33,385 bases of DNA from positions 1-33,385 of IMG/VR virus record IMGVR_UViG_3300031227_000227. One strand, 5' to 3'. Source of the DNA: a virus. Taxonomy: Duplodnaviria; Caudoviricetes. A program made the position numbers and the translations under genes. Below the pieces are notes generated by a model. That model worked only from the letters and a program-made list of their open reading frames with translations, was not told the origin of the DNA and ran no database searches. Shown one piece after another: positions 9,676 through 17,280 of the stretch. Every line of letters begins with the position of its first letter. Position 1 is the first letter of the stretch.

Positions 9676-9960
9676 ATGAAAGAAAAGAACGGAACAAACA
9701 CATGGAGGAGAATAGGTTGGATGGCTGGTGGAACTACTGCTGTAATCGCTCTTATAATGACCCTCCTAACACTATTCGGTGGACAGATATTTGCCTCTAA
9801 AGAAGATCTCTCTTGCTTAGAAGAAACCCTGCATAATGACTTTGCAACCAAAGAAGTGATTCGGCTACAGCTAGAACCTATGAAGACAATGCAAAAATCT
9901 CACGCAGTTAAATTAGATAAGATATACGACCTATTATTGGTAATGAGGAGAAGTAGATGA
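9676..9960 (+). CDS. Single-TM membrane protein next to the endolysin (holin/lysis accessory candidate)
   Basis: Hydrophobic AGGTTAVIALIMTLLTLFGG followed by a helical tail. Its stop overlaps the endolysin start. Confidence 0.5.
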   Translation: MKEKNGTNTWRRIGWMAGGTTAVIALIMTLLTLFGGQIFASKEDLSCLEETLHNDFATKEVIRLQLEPMKTMQKSHAVKLDKIYDLLLVMRRSR

Positions 9961-10565
9961 AATGGCGTAAGGCAACTAATAAACTAATTTTACACCACTC
10001 AGCTTCAAATAAGACCACTCCTATCTCTAACATAATCGCATGGCACGTTAAGGAAGGACTCGCTCAAGTAGACGATCAACATAAGATACATTCCGCATAT
10101 CACTACTTTATATTATCAGACGGTACAATCGTCCCAGACCTACCTGAAATGTCCGTAGGGTGGCACTCAGGCGACTGGCAGACGAATCTAACAAGTATTG
10201 GTGTTTGTGTATTAGGAAACTTCAGCGTTGATGCAGTAGAGGTTCACGAACAAGAAGCAATAGAATATCTTTTAACTAACCTAACTAGGAAGTTTGGACT
10301 TAAATACTGGCAAATTTATGCACACAGGAACGTAAGAAAGTTCTTTAATTTGCTAGGAACTAAAACCGAATGTCCGGGAGAGAATCTATATAGACGACTT
10401 CCCGATATAAGACGAGCCGTAGGTATTGACTTAGGACAGTTAAAAGATAACGACCCGGTTACAATAAGAGAGAAACCTCATGCCTTTGAGAAACCATTCA
10501 ATTTATTCACTACTATTATTAACTTTATTAAACATATTAAAATAGGATTTAGGATAGGAAAATGA
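9957..10565 (+). CDS. Endolysin, N-acetylmuramoyl-L-alanine amidase (Amidase_2 / T7 lysozyme-like)
   Basis: Motifs LILHHSA, AYHYFI..DG, GWHSG, SIGVCVLGNF, AHR and TECPG, with Zn ligands His/His/Cys. Confidence 0.9.
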   Translation: MKWRKATNKLILHHSASNKTTPISNIIAWHVKEGLAQVDDQHKIHSAYHYFILSDGTIVPDLPEMSVGWHSGDWQTNLTSIGVCVLGNFSVDAVEVHEQEAIEYLLTNLTRKFGLKYWQIYAHRNVRKFFNLLGTKTECPGENLYRRLPDIRRAVGIDLGQLKDNDPVTIREKPHAFEKPFNLFTTIINFIKHIKIGFRIGK

Positions 10566-10711
10566 AAAGAATAATTAAAAACTGTAAAGCTCTTATGTGG
10601 AATAGATTCATTAGAAAGATAGCTTGCTGGCCTTGGAAACCATGTAGGAAATGTAAAGAAACTAAATGCAGTTATAATCCTAAATACGAGGGGGTGAGTA
10701 AAATTGAATAA
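10562..10711 (+). CDS. Small basic Cys-rich peptide in the lysis cassette (49 aa)
   Basis: Read by eye: MKRIIKNCKALMWNRFIRKIACWPWKPCRKCKETKCSYNPKYEGVSKIE*. Overlaps both neighbouring genes. Confidence 0.5.
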   Translation: MKRIIKNCKALMWNRFIRKIACWPWKPCRKCKETKCSYNPKYEGVSKIE

Positions 10712-11033
10712 AGTAATATCGATAATAAGCAGTAACATGGATGTAATCCAGATTGCCTTGATTATATTCCTAGCAACGTCTACTAAGATTAGAGAAGCAA
10801 TTGCGGTTGTAGCCGATATGCTACAGAAAGCGGTAACTTCCGATCCTGAAGCTGCTATGAAAATGGCAATATCCGTACTAAGAAAGAAAGTCCCCTTCCT
10901 TGCAGTAGTTCCAGACGTAGTATTGCGTTGGGCGATTCAATCCTTTTTTGATGGTATTTCTAAACAGTCCAAAGAAGAAGTTGCTAAGATTAAAACATTC
11001 ACAATTAAAGACGCTAAGGATTTAGTTAAATGA
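10704..11033 (+). CDS. Putative holin-like membrane protein
   Basis: N-terminal hydrophobic segment (VIQIALIIFLA) followed by amphipathic helices. Lies in the lysis cassette. Confidence 0.45.
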   Translation: MNKVISIISSNMDVIQIALIIFLATSTKIREAIAVVADMLQKAVTSDPEAAMKMAISVLRKKVPFLAVVPDVVLRWAIQSFFDGISKQSKEEVAKIKTFTIKDAKDLVK

Positions 11034-11167
11034 TTATAGATAAAAGCTCGATAGTTGGTTACTTGATAGATGGTAAGATAGTTACCAAGCCCTTACTGGC
11101 TTACGGGAATCTGGAAAGCTACTATGACGATATGACGATTACAGGCTCTGCCGACAGAGACAATTAA
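11030..11167 (+). CDS. Small hypothetical protein (45 aa)
   Basis: ATGA overlap with the upstream stop. MIIDKSSIVGYLIDGKIVTKPLLAYGNLESYYDDMTITGSADRDN*. Confidence 0.45.
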   Translation: MIIDKSSIVGYLIDGKIVTKPLLAYGNLESYYDDMTITGSADRDN

Positions 11168-11190
11168 GCCGCCAATTTTATATATAAACT

Positions 11191-11225
11191 GGGCTTACAA
11201 CTCTCTTCGGTAGAGCCTTTTTTTG
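11191..11225 (+). terminator. Probable intrinsic terminator ending the late operon
   Basis: Hairpin ctct-c-TTCG-g-t-agag (cUUCGg loop) extended by ggc/gcc, followed by a T7 run at 11218-11224. Confidence 0.6.
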
Positions 11226-11255
11226 TACCCCTCTTTCGCATGGTGAAAGTATTAC

Positions 11256-11285
11256 TTGACAGAACTCTTCTTGCCATGGTAGTAT
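11256..11285 (+). promoter_or_regulatory. Sigma70-type early promoter
   Basis: TTGACA (11256-11261), 18-nt spacer, then TAGTAT (11280-11285) with an extended -10 TG. Sits right after the terminator and before the HTH gene. Confidence 0.7.
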
Positions 11286-11307
11286 GCGTAGAGGAGGTGA
11301 TATTAAC

Positions 11308-11493
11308 ATGCGTAATGGAGAGAATACAAGGAAAGACGAAACAAGGTTTTTGATTAGAAAATTAGAGTTAGTTGGATTAGCCTATAAGTTGGGAGTTTCA
11401 ACTTCTACTCTTTACCGATGGAAAACTGGAAAGCCGATAAATAAATTTTTGATTGATAGATTCGACAAACTATATTCAAAGGAGAAAATTTAG
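11308..11493 (+). CDS. Cro/XRE-like helix-turn-helix regulator
   Basis: LAYKLGVSTSTLYRWKTGK HTH motif. ATG 11308 follows GAGGAGGTGA. Confidence 0.75.
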   Translation: MRNGENTRKDETRFLIRKLELVGLAYKLGVSTSTLYRWKTGKPINKFLIDRFDKLYSKEKI

Positions 11494-11777
11494 TGAAAGC
11501 ACCAAAGAAGAAAGACTTCAAAGCCGTATGCCACCTTTGCATGAATGGAAGTCCTATAAGAAAGTGTCCTTCCGAGACCTGCTTACTTGTTCCAATCAAA
11601 GACAAGAAGAAAGGAGCACCAAGAGGGTGGAAGGGATTAAGAGCCTTCTGTAAGTCCTGCGATCCACTCGGATATCACCGAAAGGCTAACTGCCGAACTA
11701 ATGACGGCTGTCCGCTAGAGGAGTTTTACAATTATCGGATAGGAAAACGCAATATCAGGGGGTTTACCAATGTCTGA
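11493..11777 (+). CDS. Cys-rich putative zinc-binding protein with two internal repeats
   Basis: KAVCHLC..KCPSETCLL and RAFCKSC..NCRTNDGCPL, two 4-Cys units. Confidence 0.65.
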   Translation: MKAPKKKDFKAVCHLCMNGSPIRKCPSETCLLVPIKDKKKGAPRGWKGLRAFCKSCDPLGYHRKANCRTNDGCPLEEFYNYRIGKRNIRGFTNV

Positions 11778-11838
11778 CTATCATTTGGCGGAAGATGGAA
11801 AAGACCATAAAGTTTTTGAATATACTAGGAGGTAAATC

Positions 11839-12012
11839 ATGAAAGCATATTTGAATTTTATTAAAGACCCGGCAAATTACGAAGTCGAATATGACGGAGA
11901 GCCTTCAGAGATATTAAGAGAAAGGATGAAAGTACAGGGATACGAAAAGTTTTGGTTGAAAGCGTTAAAAGAAGTAGCAAATTTAGAAGACGATATAAGG
12001 AGGGCTAAGTGA
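11839..12012 (+). CDS. Small hypothetical protein (57 aa)
   Basis: RBS AGGAGGT. Open frame MKAYLNFIKDPANYEVEYDGEP... Confidence 0.6.
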   Translation: MKAYLNFIKDPANYEVEYDGEPSEILRERMKVQGYEKFWLKALKEVANLEDDIRRAK

Positions 12013-12176
12013 ATAATGCAGGGATAGCTAAGTTTTTAGTAGAAGAGATTAAAGAAGCAGAGAGCAAAATAAAGAGTACAGAAAGTCTTGGAGTACAGTC
12101 ATTATATAACGGAATTATGGTTACATGTAAAACTGTTTTAACAATGCTAGAAAATACACAGGAGGTTACGAAATGA
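12009..12176 (+). CDS. Small hypothetical protein (55 aa)
   Basis: RBS AAGGAGG, GTGA overlap with the upstream stop. Confidence 0.55.
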   Translation: MNNAGIAKFLVEEIKEAESKIKSTESLGVQSLYNGIMVTCKTVLTMLENTQEVTK

Positions 12177-12322
12177 CAGATCTTAATAAGATATCACCAC
12201 CAGAAGGAGAGCTAGGAAGAAAGGTCGATAAACTAACAGAGATAGTCTTGAGAATGGTTGAAAGACAAAAAGAGTTTGATATAGAAATAGCTATAATGAA
12301 GGAGAAATTAAATGCAACCTAG
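12173..12322 (+). CDS. Small coiled-coil hypothetical protein (49 aa)
   Basis: RBS AGGAGGT, ATGA overlap. Confidence 0.55.
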   Translation: MTDLNKISPPEGELGRKVDKLTEIVLRMVERQKEFDIEIAIMKEKLNAT

Positions 12323-12491
12323 CATAGAAGAAATCTCTTACGGATATACAGAACACAAGGAGGTAGAGGGAATGAATTACTGCACTTGTAAAACCCCTCA
12401 CCTATGTGTACCTGGCAACATATCTACTGCTAGGTGTGTTTATTGTGGAAAACCACCCTACGGAGTATACATAAAGGAGGGCTGCAGATGA
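12312..12491 (+). CDS. Small Cys-rich hypothetical protein (59 aa)
   Basis: RBS AAGGAG. Contains YCTC..LC..RCVYCG, a possible zinc ribbon. Confidence 0.5.
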   Translation: MQPSIEEISYGYTEHKEVEGMNYCTCKTPHLCVPGNISTARCVYCGKPPYGVYIKEGCR

Positions 12492-12685
12492 AATGGTCAG
12501 AACATATTGATAACCTAAAAGAGTTGAGTAATGAAATGGGAAATATATCAGGTGGCTGGAATGGTAAAGACGATCAGTTTATGGTTGGTGGAGATACCTA
12601 CACAGAAGAAGACGCTCATTATGCGGATGATGTTGTAGAGAAATGTAACGACTTAATTAAATTATTAAAGGAGGATTCACAATGA
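12488..12685 (+). CDS. Small acidic hypothetical protein
   Basis: ATG 12488 after AAGGAGG, preferred over the track start at 12434. Confidence 0.6.
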   Translation: MKWSEHIDNLKELSNEMGNISGGWNGKDDQFMVGGDTYTEEDAHYADDVVEKCNDLIKLLKEDSQ

Positions 12686-13308
12686 AAACAGTAAAGATAG
12701 GAAAGAATGATTATGTAATGGTATCAGAGAGAGTTAAAGAGATTCATAAGCTAGAAAAGGCTCTAAGTATAACTACTGAGATATCATACGAGGGTAGCTA
12801 TATCCGTTGTAAGGCTACTGTAACGACTTCTAAGGGCGTTTTTGTAGGTCATGCAGAGGAAGAGCGTGGTAGTAAGGATATGGGGGGACAGAAGCCTGTA
12901 GAGATATCCGAAACAAGTGCCATAGGTAGAGCTTTAGGATTCGCAGGAGTGCTTGTAACAGACAGTATTGCAAGTGCAGACGAAGTTATCAACAATGTGG
13001 ATAAGCCGGTGGATAAGCCGGTAAGCAAACCAGCATTATCCGATAAGTCCCCAGAGTATAAGATTAAAGAACCAAACGCTCCAATGAGTCTACCGCAACA
13101 GAGAAAGATAAGGGCGTTAGAGAAGGAAAAAGGCGTAGATCATTCACTTGTAAAAGCCTACATAATGGAAAAGTATAGTCTTGAATCAAGTACCGGACTT
13201 ACTAAAGGACAGGCGAGCGAGTTAATAGGCGGAATGATGAAAGGAACGATTAAGTTTAAAGCTATTGAAGAAGCAAATGAAGAGTTGAATTCAGAGCTTC
13301 CGTTTTGA
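12682..13308 (+). CDS. Single-strand annealing protein, Rad52/Sak-like
   Basis: DYVMVSERV..CKATV..GHAEE..ETSAIGRALGFAG..SIASADEV motif set, a C-terminal helical domain, and an acidic SSB-like ELPF tail. Confidence 0.7.
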   Translation: MKTVKIGKNDYVMVSERVKEIHKLEKALSITTEISYEGSYIRCKATVTTSKGVFVGHAEEERGSKDMGGQKPVEISETSAIGRALGFAGVLVTDSIASADEVINNVDKPVDKPVSKPALSDKSPEYKIKEPNAPMSLPQQRKIRALEKEKGVDHSLVKAYIMEKYSLESSTGLTKGQASELIGGMMKGTIKFKAIEEANEELNSELPF

Positions 13309-13409
13309 CCATTAAGCAAGATTTAATCGGTAAATAGTTCTACTGGTCATGTGGTAGCTGCTCCGGTTATCGTTGGATAACAGAAACAAAGAAATAGGAG
13401 GTATGAAAG

Positions 13410-13562
13410 ATGACAGGATTAGAAGAGAGAATCAACAAACTAGAAAGAAACGAACTACAAAAACAAGCAGTTAAAATGGCTGGATTGTTTGGTTGGAAAT
13501 ATCTACCAACTATTAACTATGAAACTGGTGCTATTACTGAAACTAAATTAAGGGAGGGATGA
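13410..13562 (+). CDS. Small hypothetical protein (50 aa)
   Basis: RBS AGGAGGT. MTGLEERINKLERNELQKQAVK... Confidence 0.5.
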   Translation: MTGLEERINKLERNELQKQAVKMAGLFGWKYLPTINYETGAITETKLREG

Positions 13563-13565
13563 AAG

Positions 13566-13664
13566 ATGGAGTACGCAGGAGAATTAGTTGTTGGAATTGG
13601 AATAGGATTCCTAATTGGTTGGTGGTTTTGTTATAAACATTGTCATGGAGAAGAAATATATTAG
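13566..13664 (+). CDS. Small single-TM peptide (32 aa)
   Basis: RBS GGGAGG. MEYAGELVVGIGIGFLIGWWFCYKHCHGEEIY*. Confidence 0.5.
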   Translation: MEYAGELVVGIGIGFLIGWWFCYKHCHGEEIY

Positions 13665-13665
13665 C

Positions 13666-13696
13666 TTGACAGTTGTGAATGACGTTATGCTATAAT
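13666..13696 (+). promoter_or_regulatory. Sigma70-type promoter with extended -10, upstream of the methyltransferase
   Basis: TTGACA 13666-13671, 19-nt spacer, TGcTATAAT (-10 at 13691-13696). Confidence 0.65.
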
Positions 13697-13785
13697 TAAA
13701 CAAAACTTGGAAGGCAAAGAACTCTGTATAGGTTTTACTTCCAAGTTAGCCTGTGCAGAGTTTTTTGCGTTTATTGGGAGGATTT

Positions 13786-14919
13786 ATGAATAAGATAATT
13801 TGCACCAACAATTCGATGGAAGACCAACTAGATACTTGTGCCACAAAACTCCCAGCTTTATCAGATGATGAATTAATTTTACTTTACAAGCAGGCTTCTT
13901 CAATAGAGATTAAGGGATGGCTATTAAAATGCTGTATTATTGGCGAGGCTAGGAGTCGAGCAACTTCTAGGGAGTTAGCTGCTCAGTTTGGAGTCGTTCA
14001 GAGAGAAATTCAATATCAACATAAAGTTTTTACCGATATACTAACAAAAAGAGAAGAAACGAAATTGATTTCGCCACTAGGGTCTTCTTGGTTTATCGAG
14101 GCATTAAAAGCCCCTAGCCCATTAAAAGCTATAGACCATGCAGAAGACGAGTACATGACTAACAAATCATACAGTATAAAAGACTTTAAAAAATACATAG
14201 TTTTAGAACGTAATAGAGAAGAGTTAAACAACAACAAAAGAGCTAATAGAAGCACCAACAAAAAAACAACCGAGCTTTTAGAGGGTGATTTTTTTAAAGT
14301 GATTAATAAGGTAGAAGACAAGTCTATTGATTGTATTATTGCCGATCCTCCATATAATGTTACTAATTTAGAATGGGATAAGTTTGAGCATAGTAAGTTT
14401 TTAGAGTTTACTGATAAGTGGGTAAAGGCAATTATACCAAAATTAAAAGACGAGTATTCATTTTATATTTTTTGTTCTCCTCGTTACGCTTCTATTATAG
14501 AGGTAAATATACTTAAAGACTTACCGATAAAAAACAGAATAGTTTGGGTACACAAGAATATGAGTATGGGCAGACAGGTAAAAGATGCTTATATAAATTC
14601 TTATGATGTTTGTTTTTATATTAGTAATAAAAGTCTTAATCTTCCTCAAACGTGGGGTAAAGAGAGGTTAGATGTTAAAGAGTTTGCTATGCCACAAACA
14701 AACTTCCAAGATAAAAAATACCACGAAACACAAAAGCCAAAAGCTCTTATAAGTGAATTTATAGAGCTAGCTACTAACGAAGGGGAGTTAGTTTTAGATC
14801 CATTTGCAGGATCGGGAACAACTGGTGTAGTATGTAAAAAGCTAAAACGTAACTTTATTCTTATAGAACGTGAACCAGAGTACATAGATATTATAAAAAA
14901 GAGGTTAGCTTGTCTTTAG
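13786..14919 (+). CDS. N6-adenine/N4-cytosine DNA methyltransferase (beta class) with extra N-terminal domain
   Basis: Motif IV DPPY precedes HETQKP and motif I VLDPFAGSGTTG. About 150 aa N-terminal helical extension. ATG 13786 follows GGGAGG. Confidence 0.9.
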   Translation: MNKIICTNNSMEDQLDTCATKLPALSDDELILLYKQASSIEIKGWLLKCCIIGEARSRATSRELAAQFGVVQREIQYQHKVFTDILTKREETKLISPLGSSWFIEALKAPSPLKAIDHAEDEYMTNKSYSIKDFKKYIVLERNREELNNNKRANRSTNKKTTELLEGDFFKVINKVEDKSIDCIIADPPYNVTNLEWDKFEHSKFLEFTDKWVKAIIPKLKDEYSFYIFCSPRYASIIEVNILKDLPIKNRIVWVHKNMSMGRQVKDAYINSYDVCFYISNKSLNLPQTWGKERLDVKEFAMPQTNFQDKKYHETQKPKALISEFIELATNEGELVLDPFAGSGTTGVVCKKLKRNFILIEREPEYIDIIKKRLACL

Positions 14920-15395
14920 AACAAACAAAAGAATACCAACTAAGCCAAAAGTTAGAACCGTTTGTAGACGATGTATACCGCAAGGTGTTCAACCCTACAG
15001 AGATTATCCGATCTGATAAGGGCGGAGAGCTTGATAAGAAGTTCCACGTTGATACTTATTTACGACTACCATCTAACATATTAGCAACATTCCAAGAAAA
15101 AACATTATCTTATAAGTACAGGACTTTTAATACGGTTACTATTGAATACTATCAAAACAGACACACCAAAGAACTAGGAGAATTTTTTAATCTTGCTAGT
15201 CAGTTTTACTTTCACGGTTATGAGAACGAAAAAGGAAACGGATTAAGTGTCTGGCACATATTTAAGACTTATCCACTTTTAATGTGGATTTATTATAATT
15301 TAGAGCTTTGCAATATACGATCAGCAGCAGGCTCAAACGCTAGTTTCATATCGTGCGATTATAAGTTACTTCCAAGGGAAGTATTTTTTAGGTGA
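14910..15395 (+). CDS. Putative PD-(D/E)XK nuclease (restriction endonuclease-like)
   Basis: LDKKFHVD...FQEK...VTIEY pattern. Overlaps the methyltransferase stop. Confidence 0.55.
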   Translation: MSLEQTKEYQLSQKLEPFVDDVYRKVFNPTEIIRSDKGGELDKKFHVDTYLRLPSNILATFQEKTLSYKYRTFNTVTIEYYQNRHTKELGEFFNLASQFYFHGYENEKGNGLSVWHIFKTYPLLMWIYYNLELCNIRSAAGSNASFISCDYKLLPREVFFR

Positions 15396-15483
15396 TATAT
15401 TCAGTTGACTGGAGCTATAAGCACGTCTCCATAAAAACATGGGCTTCCAAAGTAGATCGGGTTAACTCACGCCTCTGGTCTAC

Positions 15484-15514
15484 TGGACTTGAATTAAAGA
15501 CGTTATGTTATAAT
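15484..15514 (+). promoter_or_regulatory. Sigma70-type promoter with extended -10, upstream of the replication genes
   Basis: TGtTATAAT (-10 at 15509-15514), TGGACT 19 nt upstream. Shares gacgttatgYtataattaaa with the 13666 promoter. Confidence 0.6.
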
Positions 15515-15574
15515 TAAATAAGGTAAGTAAAGCAAGTTAAAGTAAGAGATAAAGAAAACAAAGAAAGTAAGGGG

Positions 15575-15811
15575 GTGAGTTGTTTGACTACAGACGAAAC
15601 CACAAGATTATTTCAGAAAACCATTGGTAGAATTTTAGAAATCCTCGATGATAATTCCTATTTAGCTGCGTCAACTGGCGATACGGCTGTCTATTTTGAT
15701 AAAGCAAAAGATAACATCAAGAATGAATTATGGGGCTGCCATGATATGGTTAAATTAAGGTTCGAAAACATAGAATTAAAAAGTAAGTTTAAAGATGAGG
15801 AGGAAAAGTAA
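15575..15811 (+). CDS. Hypothetical protein
   Basis: ORF track, GTG start after a purine-rich RBS, abuts the replication gene. Confidence 0.55.
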   Translation: MSCLTTDETTRLFQKTIGRILEILDDNSYLAASTGDTAVYFDKAKDNIKNELWGCHDMVKLRFENIELKSKFKDEEEK

Positions 15812-15814
15812 GTT

Positions 15815-16498
15815 ATGCACTTTATTAAAATTATTTGTCATCATGTTTTTTTTGAGGGTTTTAACAAGACAACCCTTTGGGCTTGGATTAGGATATTAGC
15901 CCTAACCGCAGACATTGAATCCCGCCCAAGTGAAGATCAAATCCTAGCTATTATAACCAAAAAAGAGTACCAAAAGTTACTAGAACACTTCTCAAAGTGC
16001 AACAAAAGTCTATCCAATGTTATATCAAAAGTACTTGAAGATGTAGGCAAAGTGCAGGAAGAGCGAGAACGAAAGAAGCAAGAGAGGCTGGAAGCTCGCA
16101 ACTACAAAAAAAGCATAAGACAGCCAAAAAACAACAAATCGTCCACGGACGCAACCTCGGACAGTCTTAGGAACGGCGACGTCACGGCGAGCATAGATAA
16201 GATAAGAGAAGATAAGATAAGAGAAGATAAACATAATACAGTAGGTTCTTCTTCTAGTGATAAACTTTTAAGCACATGGAAAGACAAGAATCCAGAAGAC
16301 GCAAAGAACCCCAACATGATAACCCATGCACGTAAACACATAAAAGGAGCGTTAGCTCGTGGGTGGAACGCAGAGGACGTAGAAAAGAAGCTATGGGATA
16401 CTGCGGATCATGCTATTGCACCGTGGGATTTATTCAAAGAAAAAGAGGAGGATGAACAATGCAGAAGGAAGCGTTTATTAGCCAGGTTGAAAGACTAG
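15815..16498 (+). CDS. Phage replication initiator protein
   Basis: Basic coiled segment (ERERKKQER), low-complexity linker, and DKIREDKIREDK motif characteristic of phage replisome organisers. Confidence 0.65.
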   Translation: MHFIKIICHHVFFEGFNKTTLWAWIRILALTADIESRPSEDQILAIITKKEYQKLLEHFSKCNKSLSNVISKVLEDVGKVQEERERKKQERLEARNYKKSIRQPKNNKSSTDATSDSLRNGDVTASIDKIREDKIREDKHNTVGSSSSDKLLSTWKDKNPEDAKNPNMITHARKHIKGALARGWNAEDVEKKLWDTADHAIAPWDLFKEKEEDEQCRRKRLLARLKD

Positions 16499-16995
16499 GT
16501 AAGAATTTTGGAGTTAGGGGTGTTCTGTTAGACGATAAGATAGAGTTACTATGGGAAGAGTTTGGAGTTATTGACGAAAAGGCATGGGTGAAGTCTTGTA
16601 AGTTCCTATTAGAGAATAATGATAGGTTTCCGAAGATTAAAGAGTTTAAGGGTGCGTTACAGTCTTTCTTTGCTTCAACACCAATAGAAGCAGTTAAGAT
16701 TGATTGTGATAAATGCGATGGATCGGGATTTATAATGGCTACAAAAGACTGTAGTAAGTTTGGAGAAATTACCATGTGGAATGATTATGCTTTTAGATGT
16801 AGCTGTAAAAACGCAGCGCTTATTTCTATGGGGATTCCAAAATGGGAAACAAGAATGGAAGAGAAAGGATTTATTTTAAAAGCAGATGTTACTGATAAAG
16901 AGTTTGAAAATGACGATAGCTTAAAAGAATACGCTAAAGAACTGATGACAAAAAAGAAAGATCTATTTAAAGAAGCGGAGAAAATATTCGCATGA
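16459..16995 (+). CDS. Helicase loader/inhibitor-like protein with zinc finger
   Basis: N-terminal ..FPKIKEF motif (G39P/lambda P-like), CDKCDGSG and AFRCSC. Directly follows the initiator. Confidence 0.55.
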   Translation: MQKEAFISQVERLGKNFGVRGVLLDDKIELLWEEFGVIDEKAWVKSCKFLLENNDRFPKIKEFKGALQSFFASTPIEAVKIDCDKCDGSGFIMATKDCSKFGEITMWNDYAFRCSCKNAALISMGIPKWETRMEEKGFILKADVTDKEFENDDSLKEYAKELMTKKKDLFKEAEKIFA

Positions 16996-17151
16996 TACAT
17001 ATAAACTGTGTACGATAGAACCGTGTACTGTATAAACTGTAATCACAGAGTTGTTATTGACGGAGTAGAAGTAAAGAAGTAGCTTGCACTTCAATATGGA
17101 TATGGTAAAATAATCTATGTTACTCGAAAGTCCTTTAAAGGAGATAAAGTA

Positions 17152-17280
17152 ATGCACGGCAAGACTAACGAACAGATTTTTTTTATTCTAAATCCCCCCA
17201 TGGAGAACTTAACTGTTCGCTCTAGCAATAGAGTTGTCTTGCCGGACTCCATGGGCTTTTTATTGGAGACTAATGGCTAA
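17152..17280 (+). CDS. Putative leader peptide (42 aa) overlapping a structured RNA
   Basis: RBS AAGGAG. MHGKTNEQIFFILNPPMENLTVRSSNRVVLPDSMGFLLETNG*. Its stop overlaps the start of the next gene. Confidence 0.45.
   Translation: MHGKTNEQIFFILNPPMENLTVRSSNRVVLPDSMGFLLETNG
17157..17261 (+). ncRNA. Structured RNA resembling C4/CI antisense-attenuator architecture
   Basis: Outer stem cccatggag (17197-17205)/ctccatggg (17247-17255) followed by cttttt, and inner hairpin ctcta-GCAA-tagag. Unpaired ctgttcg and gtcttgccg are exact complements of upstream cgaacag and cggcaagac. Confidence 0.6.

Noticed and set aside
11453-11653. Alternative-frame ORF overlapping the HTH and Cys-rich genes
   Set aside because: The neighbouring frames are better supported by motifs and stop/start coupling.
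13309-13385. tRNA or ncRNA in the gap after the annealing protein
   Set aside because: Only short hairpins (e.g. gttatc-gttg-gataac) are present, with no cloverleaf or T-loop consensus.
16196-16230. gataagataagagaa repeats as replication iterons
   Set aside because: They are explained by the DKIRE peptide motif common in phage initiators. I could not resolve a convincing iteron set.
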